Shown here: in pieces, positions 40,408 to 53,300 of the stretch
Position numbering within the stretch: the first letter of the stretch is position 1
How the letters are laid out: the number at the start of each line of letters is the position of its first letter
Assembly: GCA_037379345.1 (NCBI GenBank)
Contig: CM074520.1
Span: forward strand, 8,866,001-8,930,000
Length of the DNA: 64,000 nucleotides
Reading direction: 5' to 3'
From: Perna viridis
Taxonomy: Eukaryota
Program-made: the position numbers and the translations under genes
The notes under the pieces: generated by a model
What the model was told of the DNA's origin: nothing
The model's database searches: none
The model's input: the letters and a program-made list of their open reading frames with translations, nothing else

Positions 40408-41162
40408 ATATTTCTGCGTCTATAAGAAACTGGAATGCGAGACAACTTTAACAGTTTTCAGTTTATTAATCCTTAAGATGAAGCATTTGTGTATATTGTT
40501 GATTATGATGTTACCAATTTTATTAACATCCTTGCTTTTTCTAATCGAAACATTTGCACGTTGTATATGAACAACTTCGGAAATTATGAGAATTACATCG
40601 CGTTTCCGATTTGTTGTGATTGTGTTTATTTTTTCTACTTAGTATTTTTATACCGTACTTCCGAACGTCACACGTCCCTTTCGTCCTTGTCATGTAGTAT
40701 GACTAAAAGGAAATCGTACACAAGATCCTTGTAACTTTTTTATTGAAGTGATTTATTATTATTTTTAAAAATATATCTATATTGAGTGTATCTGTAATTC
40801 TATGTAAATAACGTTATTTTGTTGACGAAACACGACAGATGGTCTATCAGATGTTTTACTATCGCTTTGCAACCGTTGTCATCAATTGTTTATGTCGCAC
40901 CATCTAACAGATCAATAGATTTAGGATAAAGTTTGTAAACCTTGTAATTGAGAAGGGTGTATTATAGAGTCAAATAACTAACAAAATACAAAAGAAAACA
41001 TAAACGAATTAGATTGAATTTATTGTCATTGTAATAACAAAAATAATTATATTTATCTGGAAGAAAACTACATTCTCTCAATGGAAATACAAATGATACA
41101 ATTGTTTTACAAGCAGCTGCATGACTTCGTTAACTTTATGAGTTTTGCTTTTTTTTCTTCAG

Positions 41163-44100
41163 ACATTGACACAGTTACTACTTTTATAAGAGTGGTCGTA
41201 ATTTCAAACAGTACAGGAACGCTTACACCCAGCCAAGCATGCGCATTAACGTCTACTCAACCTACTGGTACTCAGGAAGTTTTGATAAGGACAGGTATAG
41301 TAAAATGAATTGCATATCTATACGAGTATATTTAGTATTACTAATAATAAATGCCAGGAATAAAGGGAAGATTTTATTCTAATTTCTATCCCTTAGTCAG
41401 TATTAAACATTGTTTATCACGCTTACCTATTGCATAATGTCACATGTATAAGTGTATGAATAATCAAGGGAACCAAGGTTATAGCGGTAATCAAAAGAAT
41501 GTAATCCAGGGGCAAAGACCAGACATAGAAAACAGACATACACAACAAAGAACATAAAATAACTAAAATCATACATACAGAATGACAAAAGCAAATGAGC
41601 AACTCGGACTCCACTAAAACATGGACCAGGTGCACCGGTAGGGTAAGCGTCTTCTACTTTTTTAGAAACACCCACCGAGTTGCTCATAAAAGTCAAGTCC
41701 GGGGTAGACAAACGAGGAACTTTAAGGAAAACCATGACCCGTTGAATAAATCAGTTTTCATGGTGCAGGTGGATACACTAGCATAAAGTATGAGTTGTGA
41801 TATGAACATTCCATACACAGGTGCTGAAAGGATGTTGTCACAGATGAAAGGAAAGTTGACAATTCTGATTAAAAAGTCGTCACGTTGGTCGTAAAAATTA
41901 TATTTTTCATTTAATTTTCAGATTCTGTTTCGTCTTCTACGGTTAGCTGTCCTGGGTCTCTTAACTTCAATTTAGCTGCCATCATTCAATCCTCAGGTTG
42001 TAGTGGGAGTTCTATCCTCGGTGCTTCATCAGTTACTCAACATACTTACTCGTACTCTTCATGTGTCACATCTAAGTACTCAAGTAAGTGTAGCTGTCGT
42101 GCTTTAATTTAAATACGAAGGGTGCAAAGTGACTTACAATGGTAAAATCATGACCATTAAATATTTGATATTGATATTATAATATTTTCTATAGATGCAC
42201 TAAATAGCAAACTCCAACACATATAAGACGCTGAAATGCAAACTTAGAATACGCTTGTTATACTTAAGTCGTACTTAGTCGTAGCCAAACCGTAGAAAGC
42301 ATCACCGCTGACTGCGTACTTTAATTTGTTTTAGGTAGAGGTATATTTGACTGTGTGTATTCTGTCACTGAAGGAGCCTATACCTATGTAAATGTATTTA
42401 ACAATGATACAAGCGTCGATGAAACAACAACATACAGGTATCTCTGTTATGTAAGTTTCAAATTGGTAATGCATTACGAATATTAATGGCTACTTCAATT
42501 TTGTATTCAAGTAATATTTCGTATCGGTTAGTTTGTAATAATTTCTTATAGACTTTTATCTGATAAAGACAGCTTTGACCCAACTAACCTAAAAATTAGA
42601 CCTATCAATTTTTCCATTCATTTATTGTATGTATAGGGTATTACAATACTCCATTCTACTTTCTGTTCTGATGACCTTTCTGATCAACCAATCAGATTTG
42701 ACCTTCCATGATTTTGAAAGCATTATTCAAAGGAAACAAAACAGAGGATTCTGAAAAGGTCACCTGAACAGAAAGTAGAATGGAGTTTTGTTAGATCCTA
42801 TTTGCTGTGACTGAATTGAACAATTGATAGGTCTAATTTTAATTATATTGTGACTCAACAAAAATGTTTGTGCACTAAATACCTAATCAAAAAAGCTATA
42901 TTAGTTTTGTCTGATAAACACTTTGTCCATTATTTAATCAACATCTATTTAGTTAGGTAAGCTCTGTTACAGAGAATTTCATTCGGTAACCTACTCGTCA
43001 CATACATCTTTGAGATCTGTTTTGAATTGCGTCATCTTTGTATAAATATATATAAATATAATTATTATTTCTATGTTCAGGTAACGTGGAGTAGTGGTAA
43101 CATTGTGTATTATACATACCACCCAAAGATTTGCCAACCGACACAAACACCGACGGTTACTGGGTCCGACGACGGCGTTGCTGTCGTCGCCTATTATAGT
43201 AAGTTATAAGACAAATTCTCGATCAACATCGTTTTGAGGGGAAGTGTCATTTAAAGGCTGTTCATGTAAAAATCAGACAGATCCTTTGATATTAGTGACA
43301 CAGGGTAAATTTTATCCAACTGTTCCAATGTAATGTTTATGCCATATGTAAGTAAAAAAGTATAAAGTTCGTTTTGAATCGACAACGAATGGCTCAGAAA
43401 ATTGTTTTAAAGTTCCGTAACAAAGCAACCAAATTTTGCTCAAATCAAAGAGTTGTCTCCCTTGTACCAATGAATTTAATGCTTTCTACGTAATTTATTT
43501 TTCTTCAGTCACTGCAGTTAATCCAAAACCAACATTCAACTTTGAGAAAGAATGCATTTTTGATATGAAATGAATGAACATGTTTTTGAAACAGAATTTG
43601 TCTTGAGCCACCCACTGCCTGGTTTTTGCATGGATACCTCTTAAATAAGAATATTCCTAACCTAGAGCTGAGGTCAAATTCAACTAAAATTTGAATGTGT
43701 AGCAAACATGATATATAAAACATGATATAAAGTATTACAGATTGAAAAGAAGGATAATCTACTTTCAGTGCAAATCTACAGTGGTTTCGACCAATTGACA
43801 GTAAAATATATACCGTTATAAAAATTAAGATGTTTCGGTCTTTAGAAATTAACATAAAGATATAAACGATTCCCTTATTATACAATAATTCGATAGTTAA
43901 ACAATTAATGTGTGATATTTTAATAGGCCATTGAAATCCGTCATATAGGTCTGTATTCCTTCCTGGTTATCAATCTATTTGTTTTAGGTTTCTCTGACGA
44001 TGTAGCCAGCCAAATAGCCGTTGGGGTAATGTTTGGCTTGATTTTGTTAGCTTTAATCATTGTAACGGTAATTTTTCTCGCCCTGTTCCTTGATTGTCGT

Positions 44101-45381
44101 CAAAAACTAATTAAGGCTTGTTCAAAGAAAAAACTAAAAGAAAGTTCAAAAAAGACAAAAGGGGATAGTACAAATAGGAAGAAAACAGACAAGAAAAAGG
44201 AGAAAAGAGATAAGAAGAAAAAGAAAAAGAAAGAAAAAGTGGACGAAAACCAGAATATTGATGCATCCACAAAAGTGAGACGGAAAGACTCTTTATGGGA
44301 AAAGGTCAGTGATCATTTTTGATGACATCTTCAAAAATTGTAGTAAGTGGTTTTTATTTTGAATTCAATTCTTTTTACTTCGTAAATCTTTCTTATGAAG
44401 AATTTTATGTTTTATTAAAGAAACAGATCGGCATTTGGCAAATTCGGACATATCACAACAATTGAAATTAAAATTCGAACATAATTGAAATAAGAAAGTA
44501 GTGGATATTACTTGTTCATAGATTTTTTATCTTTCATTTCGTTTTCTTTTCACAAGGAAAAAGAAGGTGAAGGACATATGAAGTGGGCGGATTTTGTTGG
44601 AATTAACTCAAGTGCTAGGGAATATAAAAAACCTGTATGTCAATGTATTACAATTTAATTCCTCTGTATAGTATATGCTATATGTATGCTCATCTTAATA
44701 CTTTGTTTGACCTAAACTAGGTACAGAAATTTGATAGAATTATGATAAAACGAGAATTCAATTTGAAATTGTTACCCCGTTTATTCGAATCTTTCCAAAA
44801 AGTGTGTTTTTCAACTTTACTTAGTTTTTACTGTAAATTAAGACACTTACTCCCGTTACACGTGAAACAGTTGGATTTCTAAAACAGTACTTTTAGCGAT
44901 ATCTTTTGAATGTTCTTTTAAGACAGCATATTGTAATTGGTACTAACATATACACGGTTATCTAAAAGTTTGCATTTTATTTCTAATTCTGTCAGGAAAA
45001 CGTATATCTATATTTAGTGGTAATAAAATTATTTTATTTGATTTTTTCTTTTAGGAATGGCAACAAAAATGGGAAGATTATAAGGATCCCCTACGGGGGA
45101 AAACAATAGTATTCGATGGGGGTTCGGAGACAGCGCGGAGTACTGATTCCGTGGCTAGCACAAGTAAAGTTGTCTGGATTTTACCAGAAAAAGAGGAAGA
45201 AGAAAGAACTAAGAGTCTTTGGGACAAAGTATATCGACTGTGGTTTGAACCAAGGAAAACTATACCAGAAAATAAATTTCTAGAAATGCAAAAGTTAGCA
45301 AAACTTGCCAAACCAAAACATGTCCGGTTTAAAGGCACGGTAAATAAGAGTAAAGATGATACTGCTATTGAGAGCAAATGA
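41163..45381 (+). CDS. Cys-rich type I membrane protein, paralog D (5'-incomplete; exons 1-3 not found)
   Basis: Manual GT-AG model: 41163-41294, 41922-42083, 42335-42450, 43081-43198, 43988-44304, 44557-44634, 45055-45381. Continuous frame of ~415 aa: ...SQACALT...SCPGSL...GIFDCVYSVTEG...YRYLCY...PKICQP...TM (IAVGVMFGLILLALIIVTVIFLALFL), then a Lys-rich tail. Confidence 0.8.
41461..41900 (+). mobile_element. Dispersed non-autonomous repeat, longest copy in the window
   Basis: taatcaagggaaccaagg...gcaaatgagcaactcggactccactaaaac...gaccaggtgcaccggtagggtaagcgtc; at least 7 related copies in the window. Confidence 0.75.
42592..42840. mobile_element. MITE with long TIRs, in an intron of paralog D
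   Basis: aaaattagacctatcaatt mirrors aattgataggtctaatttt; actccattctactttctgttc mirrors gaacagaaagtagaatggagt. Confidence 0.8.
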
Positions 45382-45706
45382 TTCGATAACATTAGTAGTG
45401 TTATATATATCAATGCAATGCACCCAGTCACATATAGTAAATGGGAAATAATTATCACAAGGTAAACTACAAATATAAAGTTATTATATTTCAGTGACAA
45501 CAAATGTATGTTTACCTTTTGCATTGTCGAACGTGCCTTACTGTACATATGAGGTTTCCCGTTCCACTAATATCTGTAGTTGACAAAAATAACGTAGAAA
45601 TTTCATTATAATGTTTATTGAATATTTATCGTTTGTTAGTTTTTGCGTTTGTTATGTTTCATTCGTTTCTTTTGATTCAAATTAAGAGTATTGTTCTTGT
45701 CTTGAT

Positions 45707-48700
45707 TTAAGTTCTAGTTGCCACGTCATCGAATCTGTATACTGGCGCCTCCTTCCGGAAACACGAAAGTTTCTTCCGGTTGCAGTGTAACAAAAATATA
45801 ACTGTACATGCAAGACTAAACAAAACAGCACATACTAAAATCACTAATAAACTTCCATTTATAGTTTTTTTCCCGTCAGTTTGGGACATGTTCCAGTCGT
45901 TTTTCTCTATAAAATAGAAAACGATAATCCAAAAGATATGCATATTCTACACAACGGACAATTAGTCACTCATGCTTAAGGAACGCTAATGTGTTCACCC
46001 ATAGGATATTAAATCGGGATTCGTCTTCATATTTAGGTTGCTAGTTAATATTAAACTTCATTTGTAATTAAAAAAATTCTAGGTAAATATAATTTTCTAA
46101 TTTCTGATTCAATTTCCAGAACATAGGCCACAAATTAAATTAGATTAAAGATGATTTACTTAATGATTTTATATTGAGTATGTACACGGAAATCAATCTT
46201 TATCGTACGGAACAAAACTGGTATATATCATTGTTAATAAAATTGTAAAAAGAGTTATCTGACATGCTTCCAAAGTATTTGAGGCCACTGACCTCTATTT
46301 GCGTTATTTGAAAAACAAGTTAAAGACAAATACTTTGTTTGACCATTGCGCTTGGATGTATTTTATTTTTTTTGTATTTCACAAATAAATTCTTTGTAAA
46401 TGAATTTTACTTCAAGACAGTTTCAAGAACTTTTTTGGTACTGAACTATTTGCCTGTCAACAATATATATTCTATCTATATTAAAATCATGAATGCTTAT
46501 CATAATTACTACAGACCATACTTACTATATGCTTTTATTTTACCTTTTTGTTTTAGCAGTTCTAAGATCAATATCACTTCATTAGATTCACTGCATACTT
46601 CTGACATTATTGATATTCGATATTTATCTTCAAATGTTGTAATATTCTAGAAAACAGATAAAAATAATGAAAACAGAAATAAAAAAAAATGTTATATCAT
46701 CAAATCTTTAATCTAAGTCAGCAACAACAACAACAAATTTTGCTATTTGTTACAAATGTACAATCTTCATAATCACGAGGGATGTGTACGAAAGCTCCTA
46801 TGTATTTGAATAATTGTAACTAATATTCCGTCCAATACAAATGTCAAATTAGCTGCAAGTGTTAGCATACAAACAGTATTGAGGCAAGATATAACAGCAA
46901 AAACTAGCAATTAGAGACAACATATATCATGGAAGTCAAATAGCTAGACATAGCTTTCTGAAAGATAAACTTACCGACCATTGAGAATATTTCGAAAATA
47001 TCTCATGATGCTGAGGGACAAATGGAATAATAAGTACCGGTTGGTTGCCCGCAAAAGTATATATGAACATTAGCGTAGTTGAGGTCAATTGCTTTTTTTT
47101 GCAACAAACCAATAATAGCTAATTTTGTTACTCTTTATTTGCAATAACAAACAGGCAATTACCAGACAGAAGTAACCGTATGGAGACTTCTTCAATAAGG
47201 CAGTATTGTTTGTCCAAGTGTACAAGTAGTTTCCAAACTGATGAGAATAGTGTAGACAGGTAAATGTGGAAACACCTAAAATCAAAACAATACAAAGTCA
47301 AGGACAAACTTTGTTATAGTGATTTATAGATAAAAGTCCCAAATCTGTTATAGTGATAATGAAATGTGTGGCACAATGTGAAAGAGTAAATCAAGGGAAC
47401 CCAGATACTTATACACATGGTTATGCAGTACAAATGTTTAACCCTCACTGGTCGGCCAATGACAAAGTCAACATTTTGCATCAGGAACCCAAAAAGTCAT
47501 TTTAATTTATGACATATAATAAATAATGTGTAGAAATTTCATTCAAATTAAACATGGGAACGGACGAACGGGACGACTATGGACCTTGCACTTTTCAAGG
47601 GTGGTAGATTAAATGAAACAGAAGCACCATTAATTGATAAATAATATCTATTAAGGTATCATGTACTCGAACAGACATCAGTAAACTTTCAAAAATGTAC
47701 ATTAGTCGCATTAATTTGGGAAAAATATTTGCCTACTTCAAAATCACTACTTAAATCTTACCAAAGTCATTCATACAACTGCTATCAACATAAATACTAA
47801 GCTGCGGAGATGTATGTGAGCTATTTATGAAGCCACTGTAGCATATATTGCTATTTGATCCATCTGATGTATTATTCCCATAAATACCGTTTATTATACT
47901 GGGACAATCTTCTCCTATTACATCGGAAGTTTTTGATACTGAAATTGTAAAAAAGTTATTTGTTTTTATTTGTTTATAAATGTTATTACTTATATTGATA
48001 ATTGTTGCACGTACGATACATGGTAGCGTTTTATCACCTATAATATCCACAACGGTACAATAATGCACATGCTTACTCTATAACCGTAACTGAAAAAAAA
48101 AAAACGGTTATCAGTCCCGGGTAGAAACTTGTTATTAGCCTCAACTGACCAACTAAACTGATAACTTATTTTTACAAGCGGTGTTTTCAAATATGCATTT
48201 TTTCAGTATCAAGCATCTAATAAGATAATGGAAAATTAATATTATATGATGGACAAGACTTATACAGACCATTTCGAACTAGAGTCAGCTCCTTATCAGT
48301 CCCATTTGCACAAGAATAAGTGAAATCAGGATCGTTGTGACCAGCTACAAACTCCTTAAGCAAGTTTTCGTAATCTAAAATAATATGATAGCTAATCATA
48401 GTGGCGACCTGGCGATTATGATTCGAGTGAACAGTCAAATTCAGATTATTTCATTTCAAGTCATATTATGTTATATATGACACCTTTCTATATCTGTTTT
48501 TTTTCATACTTGCTAGTGGATTAAAGGTGATGGAACTTGTTTTTGTTTTAAATTTTAGAAGATTAGGTCACAAATCATTATTCCAGATGATAAGAAGGTG
48601 GTTCCCAGTTATGCAATTGCAAATGAAGATTTCAGATATTTACTTTCAATATTTAATAATACAAAATGGTAAATTCTTACCACTTCTGATTTTATATCTG

Positions 48701-49823
48701 AATATATCTTTAGTTAACTGTATAATCTCTAAACATAAGAACAGGTATACAGGATTACCAAATACAGGAACAGTTCCAGAAGATCTAAGAAAACAAGGCA
48801 TATATGACGTTGTAAAATTTGGCTTAATTAATCATTTATCAAAATAGGATAAACATTTTGAGTCCATATATGTCTTTCCCCCTGTCAAAGGCGTGATTAT
48901 TCTAAAAAAGTCTTTTTCCGGTTCATCACTGATCTTGCTAGTTCATTTACTATTTATCGCCCTTACCGATTTATGATAATGAATTCAGTGGTTTTGTTAA
49001 CAATTCTAGACATATAATTAAGTTTTAATCGGTACACATTGACAGTATTTACACTGTGAAACACATGTAACGGTTAAATAGATAAACGAAAAAACAAAAA
49101 AACAAAAAACAAAAACATAACCAAAAGAAAAAAGTAATAAATATAAAAATAACTAACTGCTTGCTTGACTTATAGAAACATATAAAAATACTTTAATTTC
49201 TCCAAACAGCAATATGAATTATGACAACTAAGTTTAAATTTGGTCTTCCGTGCGAGAAACAAGTCAAAGTTAGAACACTCCTTATTCGATTTGAATTGTA
49301 ATTGAAAAGTGACATTTTTGTGGTTGGAATAGCTGTTAATTATTTTCAAATTGATATTTTATTGTCATAGTTTTTTCTACAATTAATGACATTGACAATA
49401 AAGAATCCTTTGTATGTTTCATATTTCCTTACTTCAATGTGTAAAGGGTTCCATTACTACTACTGCACAGAAAACTTAATCTTTCTCCACTAGGGATTGA
49501 TGTTCTATAGCCATGAATGGCAGATACTTCAAACATCATTGCTCCATTATAGGTGCTGATCCACAGACCTCTTAAGCTTGATGGGAAGGAGCAAGCGGCA
49601 CCTAAACAAGAAAAATCAAAATACTGCAGTTGTTTTGTTGTTTATTATTTCATATTTGACGGAAGTTATGAACAAAATCTTTACAAAAATACTGGTAACA
49701 AATTTTTGTGAACTAATCTCTGATTTATTCATAAACAAAATATAAACAAAACTTACCTATTTTATGTTGAGGAATTACTGCCAATAACACTACTGCTAGT
49801 ACTGTCCATGTTTTGGATTCCAT
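45707..49823 (-). CDS. Cys-rich type I membrane protein, paralog C (345 aa)
   Basis: Exons 49823-49757, 49601-49433, 48784-48681, 48374-48270, 47938-47762, 47275-47163, 46646-46544, 45906-45707; all GT-AG and in frame. Signal peptide MESKTWTVLAVVLLAVIP; CSFPSSLRGLW; 10 ectodomain Cys; TM LLVILVCAVLFSLACTVIFLL. Confidence 0.82.
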
Positions 49824-50378
49824 CACAAATCACAGTACAGATGTATGGATGATTTTTCAACCAGATTATTTTTTTTATGCGTTAAATAACATGTTGTTGA
49901 TACACTGTTTTATAAAAATATAACGGTAGATGGAAAACAATGAACCCAATGTAACCTTAATTGGGCGTATAAGCCACGTTTAATCGGTTGTGATTTAAAA
50001 GAAATTCAATTTACAAAGAACGCAGTCTTATAGTGTTAAATGAAAGGTCATATTATTTAATGAAATTTTAATACCACCAAATGCACTGCTGCAAGTGTTA
50101 AAGTATAAATTAAGATATGAGATGTTGTAATTCGTTAGATTTTCTAATACCCAAGAATATTCATCATTCGTTTATGTATATTGACGTATGTCAAATATGT
50201 AGGAAACAAGGTACTTCGTTGAAATAGGTTTAATTTGTGAACTTGAATAAATTTGATAATAATACAACAGTATGATAAACGTGCAAGTAATATTTCTGTT
50301 TATCATGTATATTGTTCCTTCAAAACTATAATATAAATAATTATAACAATATCAAAATAACAACAGTGCATCACACAT

Positions 50379-53300
50379 TTAATCATCAAAAACATCTCTG
50401 TACAATGGGCTTACTTTCGGTTGTAGGTAAAGAACTGATCTCGGGGAAGATTTTGGATCAAACAAAGTCCAATTCGGTATTGCCATTTTCTTCTGCACAC
50501 GTACACCCCTGTTTGCACGAATTTTACAAGGATCAAATTTTGTTTTACTGACAACATCTACATGTATAGTCGATGTACTTCCAAATAAATCTAAATGTCC
50601 TTGTCGAGGCCGTCTTTTAGCGGCTCTGTATCTTATAATTAAGTATGCAATAACTAATATAATGAACAGAACGGGTAACGAAACCAAAACCCATAATCCA
50701 AGTAGTCCAGAGGCTGTTGAGTATTGCTGAGCTAAAAGAAATATATTGCAGATAAGTTATCGGATTCGCTTATAAATGTAAATTATTCTCAAAAATAATT
50801 TTCATTTGTTGATTTTGTTATTAATCTTTTTGTTGTATGAAAAATAGAAACTACCTACCCTCCATGAATTAACCCTGGTTTCTATTTAGTTTGTGAAATA
50901 CAGTTTATGTGGATTTGTTTTGTTTTTTCGTGATAAACGATTTCAAATGTAGTGTCCAATTCATTTGGTACACCCGACGTTGTCTTACTCATAGTATGTT
51001 TCCTCGATTTTGACTTCGGTTTTTGCTGTTTCCAGTCCTTGTCGTCATTAAAGTCCCATGGGTGACCTTGAGCTGACATTTTTCATCCTGGTGGGGTTGT
51101 TGTCTCTTTGACTTATACACCATTTCAATTCTCGTCATATAAAGGATTAATCTTAATTTAATCATAGTTTTGATTAAAAAGATAATATCTTTATATCGAT
51201 TAGAAAAACACTTTGATATAATAAAAGTTTGTTTTCTAATTTGTTCAATGAGCATATGAAAAAAATTACCTGATGCAACTGTTGTTGTTCGAGAATTTAC
51301 ATCACACGCATCTGGAACAAACAAGAAGTTTATATCATGTCATTCTGTGTCAATCGTTGTATTTCATTATGTATAAGTATACTAATAGCCGGGTAATGTA
51401 AAAGCTTGATTCTTTCAACTTTATAATAAATACATAAGAATCAAACGTTAAATAAATAACAACAATTCATTCATTCAATTATGTCTATATAACATTAATT
51501 TCACTAAGAACAACAATAAGCAATCAAGTAAATACCCTAATTCACACTTTAAAACATTGCTCCAAATGACCCCAGGACTGTTTTGGCTTCATTAATTATT
51601 GTGACGTCATTAATTATGTTGATAGATGGAGAGTACAGTACTAAAAATTCTCTCACTAGTAGGTCAACATTTTTACAAAATGATATCCTAACCAGTGGCT
51701 CTGATATTTTATTTATTAAAGAAAAATGTAAAAATATGCATTATAATAACTTTTTTGTTTCATATTCTTCATAATTTTCCTAATTGTTAATTGAACTATA
51801 TTTCTTTCTGAGTATTTTTCATTATTTAGCTTAAAAAAAAATACACGATTATTTTGTTCATATTGATAAAGGATCCGGGTAACCCAGAGCCCTCCCTTTG
51901 ACCAACTTCTGAGACTATAGAGTAAAGTCAAAGTACCTGATATATCTGTGATGATTATACTAACGCCCCCCCCCAAAAAAAAAATGTCTCCATAGTGGTC
52001 CAGTCATCGTTACAGTGTACAGAAATTTCTGTGATAAATGTATTGTTTTCTTTTTTTCATGGCCTATAGGCAAAACTAACTTATAGAAATCATTTTTTGA
52101 ATGTCAGGATTAATAAAAGGGTCAGTTTAACCCAGAGCCCCTCTTTTGACCTACATTTGAGATAATCGAGTAAAGTTAAAATACCTTCTATATCTGTGAT
52201 GATTATACTAACGCCCCCTACCAATGTCTCCATAGTGGACGAGTTATCGTTACAATGTACAGGAGTTTCTGTGATATATGTATTGTTTTCTTGCCTTTTC
52301 ATTGCCTACAGGCAAAAATTAACTTATGGAAATCATTTTATGAATTTAAGAGTTAACATGGGGATAGACACAACAAAAACTAATATTGAATCACCAGAAG
52401 TATTTAACCACATGTACCGGTTGCTTCATGTACACTTATAGGGTTCAAAAATCAAGTTACTTGATTGATCGTTTGAAAGCATAGAAACTCCCCGGTCCAT
52501 GCTCCATTTTTTTAATGAAGTCCGAGTTGATCATGTAGTTTTGTTACTTTGTACGCGTTTTCCTTTGGTTATTTCATGTTCTTTGTTGTGTGTGTCTGTT
52601 TTCCGTTTCTATTACTCTTGAATATATACGTCAAGTATAGATGAATGATAACTTTTTTTCAATTTAATCGTTTACACTTTCCATAATTATGAATACAACA
52701 TTTTATGTGCATTGGTCATACCCTCACACTGTTTTTGAAATACCTACCCAACAACTGAAAGGGTTATTTACTTCTCTGTCTGTGTTCCAAACCGACAAAA
52801 ACGTCTCTTCACCGTCTGTTAATGATTGTAGGCAAATATATGCTCCACTATCTGTTTGAACACAGAAGAATTTGATTTGTATAAAAATGAAACTACTTAC
52901 AAGTTTATGGCGCTTAATACCAACAGAATAATCAGTGGTAATGTTAGGCACCTCATTTATTTAAAATCTAATTGCAACCCTACTTATTTCCTTCCCTAAT
53001 ATGTGACAAATACTACAACAAAAACATAAAAACTTAAAAGTGCGTTTGTAAAATATTTCGAGTGTTCAATTTTAATAGGGCGGAGGATCATCCAATTGAA
53101 TGAGGCACGGTTAGTGGACATTAAGGAGTAGTAAATGATTAGAAATTGTAAATAGAAACCACCTTCGATGCATCATTTTCCTGTTAATGCTTATTACTTC
53201 TTATCTCGAGCAATATAAGCAATTAGTTCTCGATACAATGATGGAAGAATTGCATGACATCAGGGTCCAGTTTCATAAAACATCTCAAATTAAAATTTCC

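Noticed and set aside
41427-41786. ORFs of 63-102 aa in the intron after D exon 41163-41294
   Set aside because: They lie within a multi-copy dispersed repeat and the frames are not conserved among copies.
50882-51079. 65-aa ORF as an extra exon of paralog B
   Set aside because: It has no counterpart in the paralogs, ends in a stop and looks repeat-derived; exons 8 and 9 join in frame without it.
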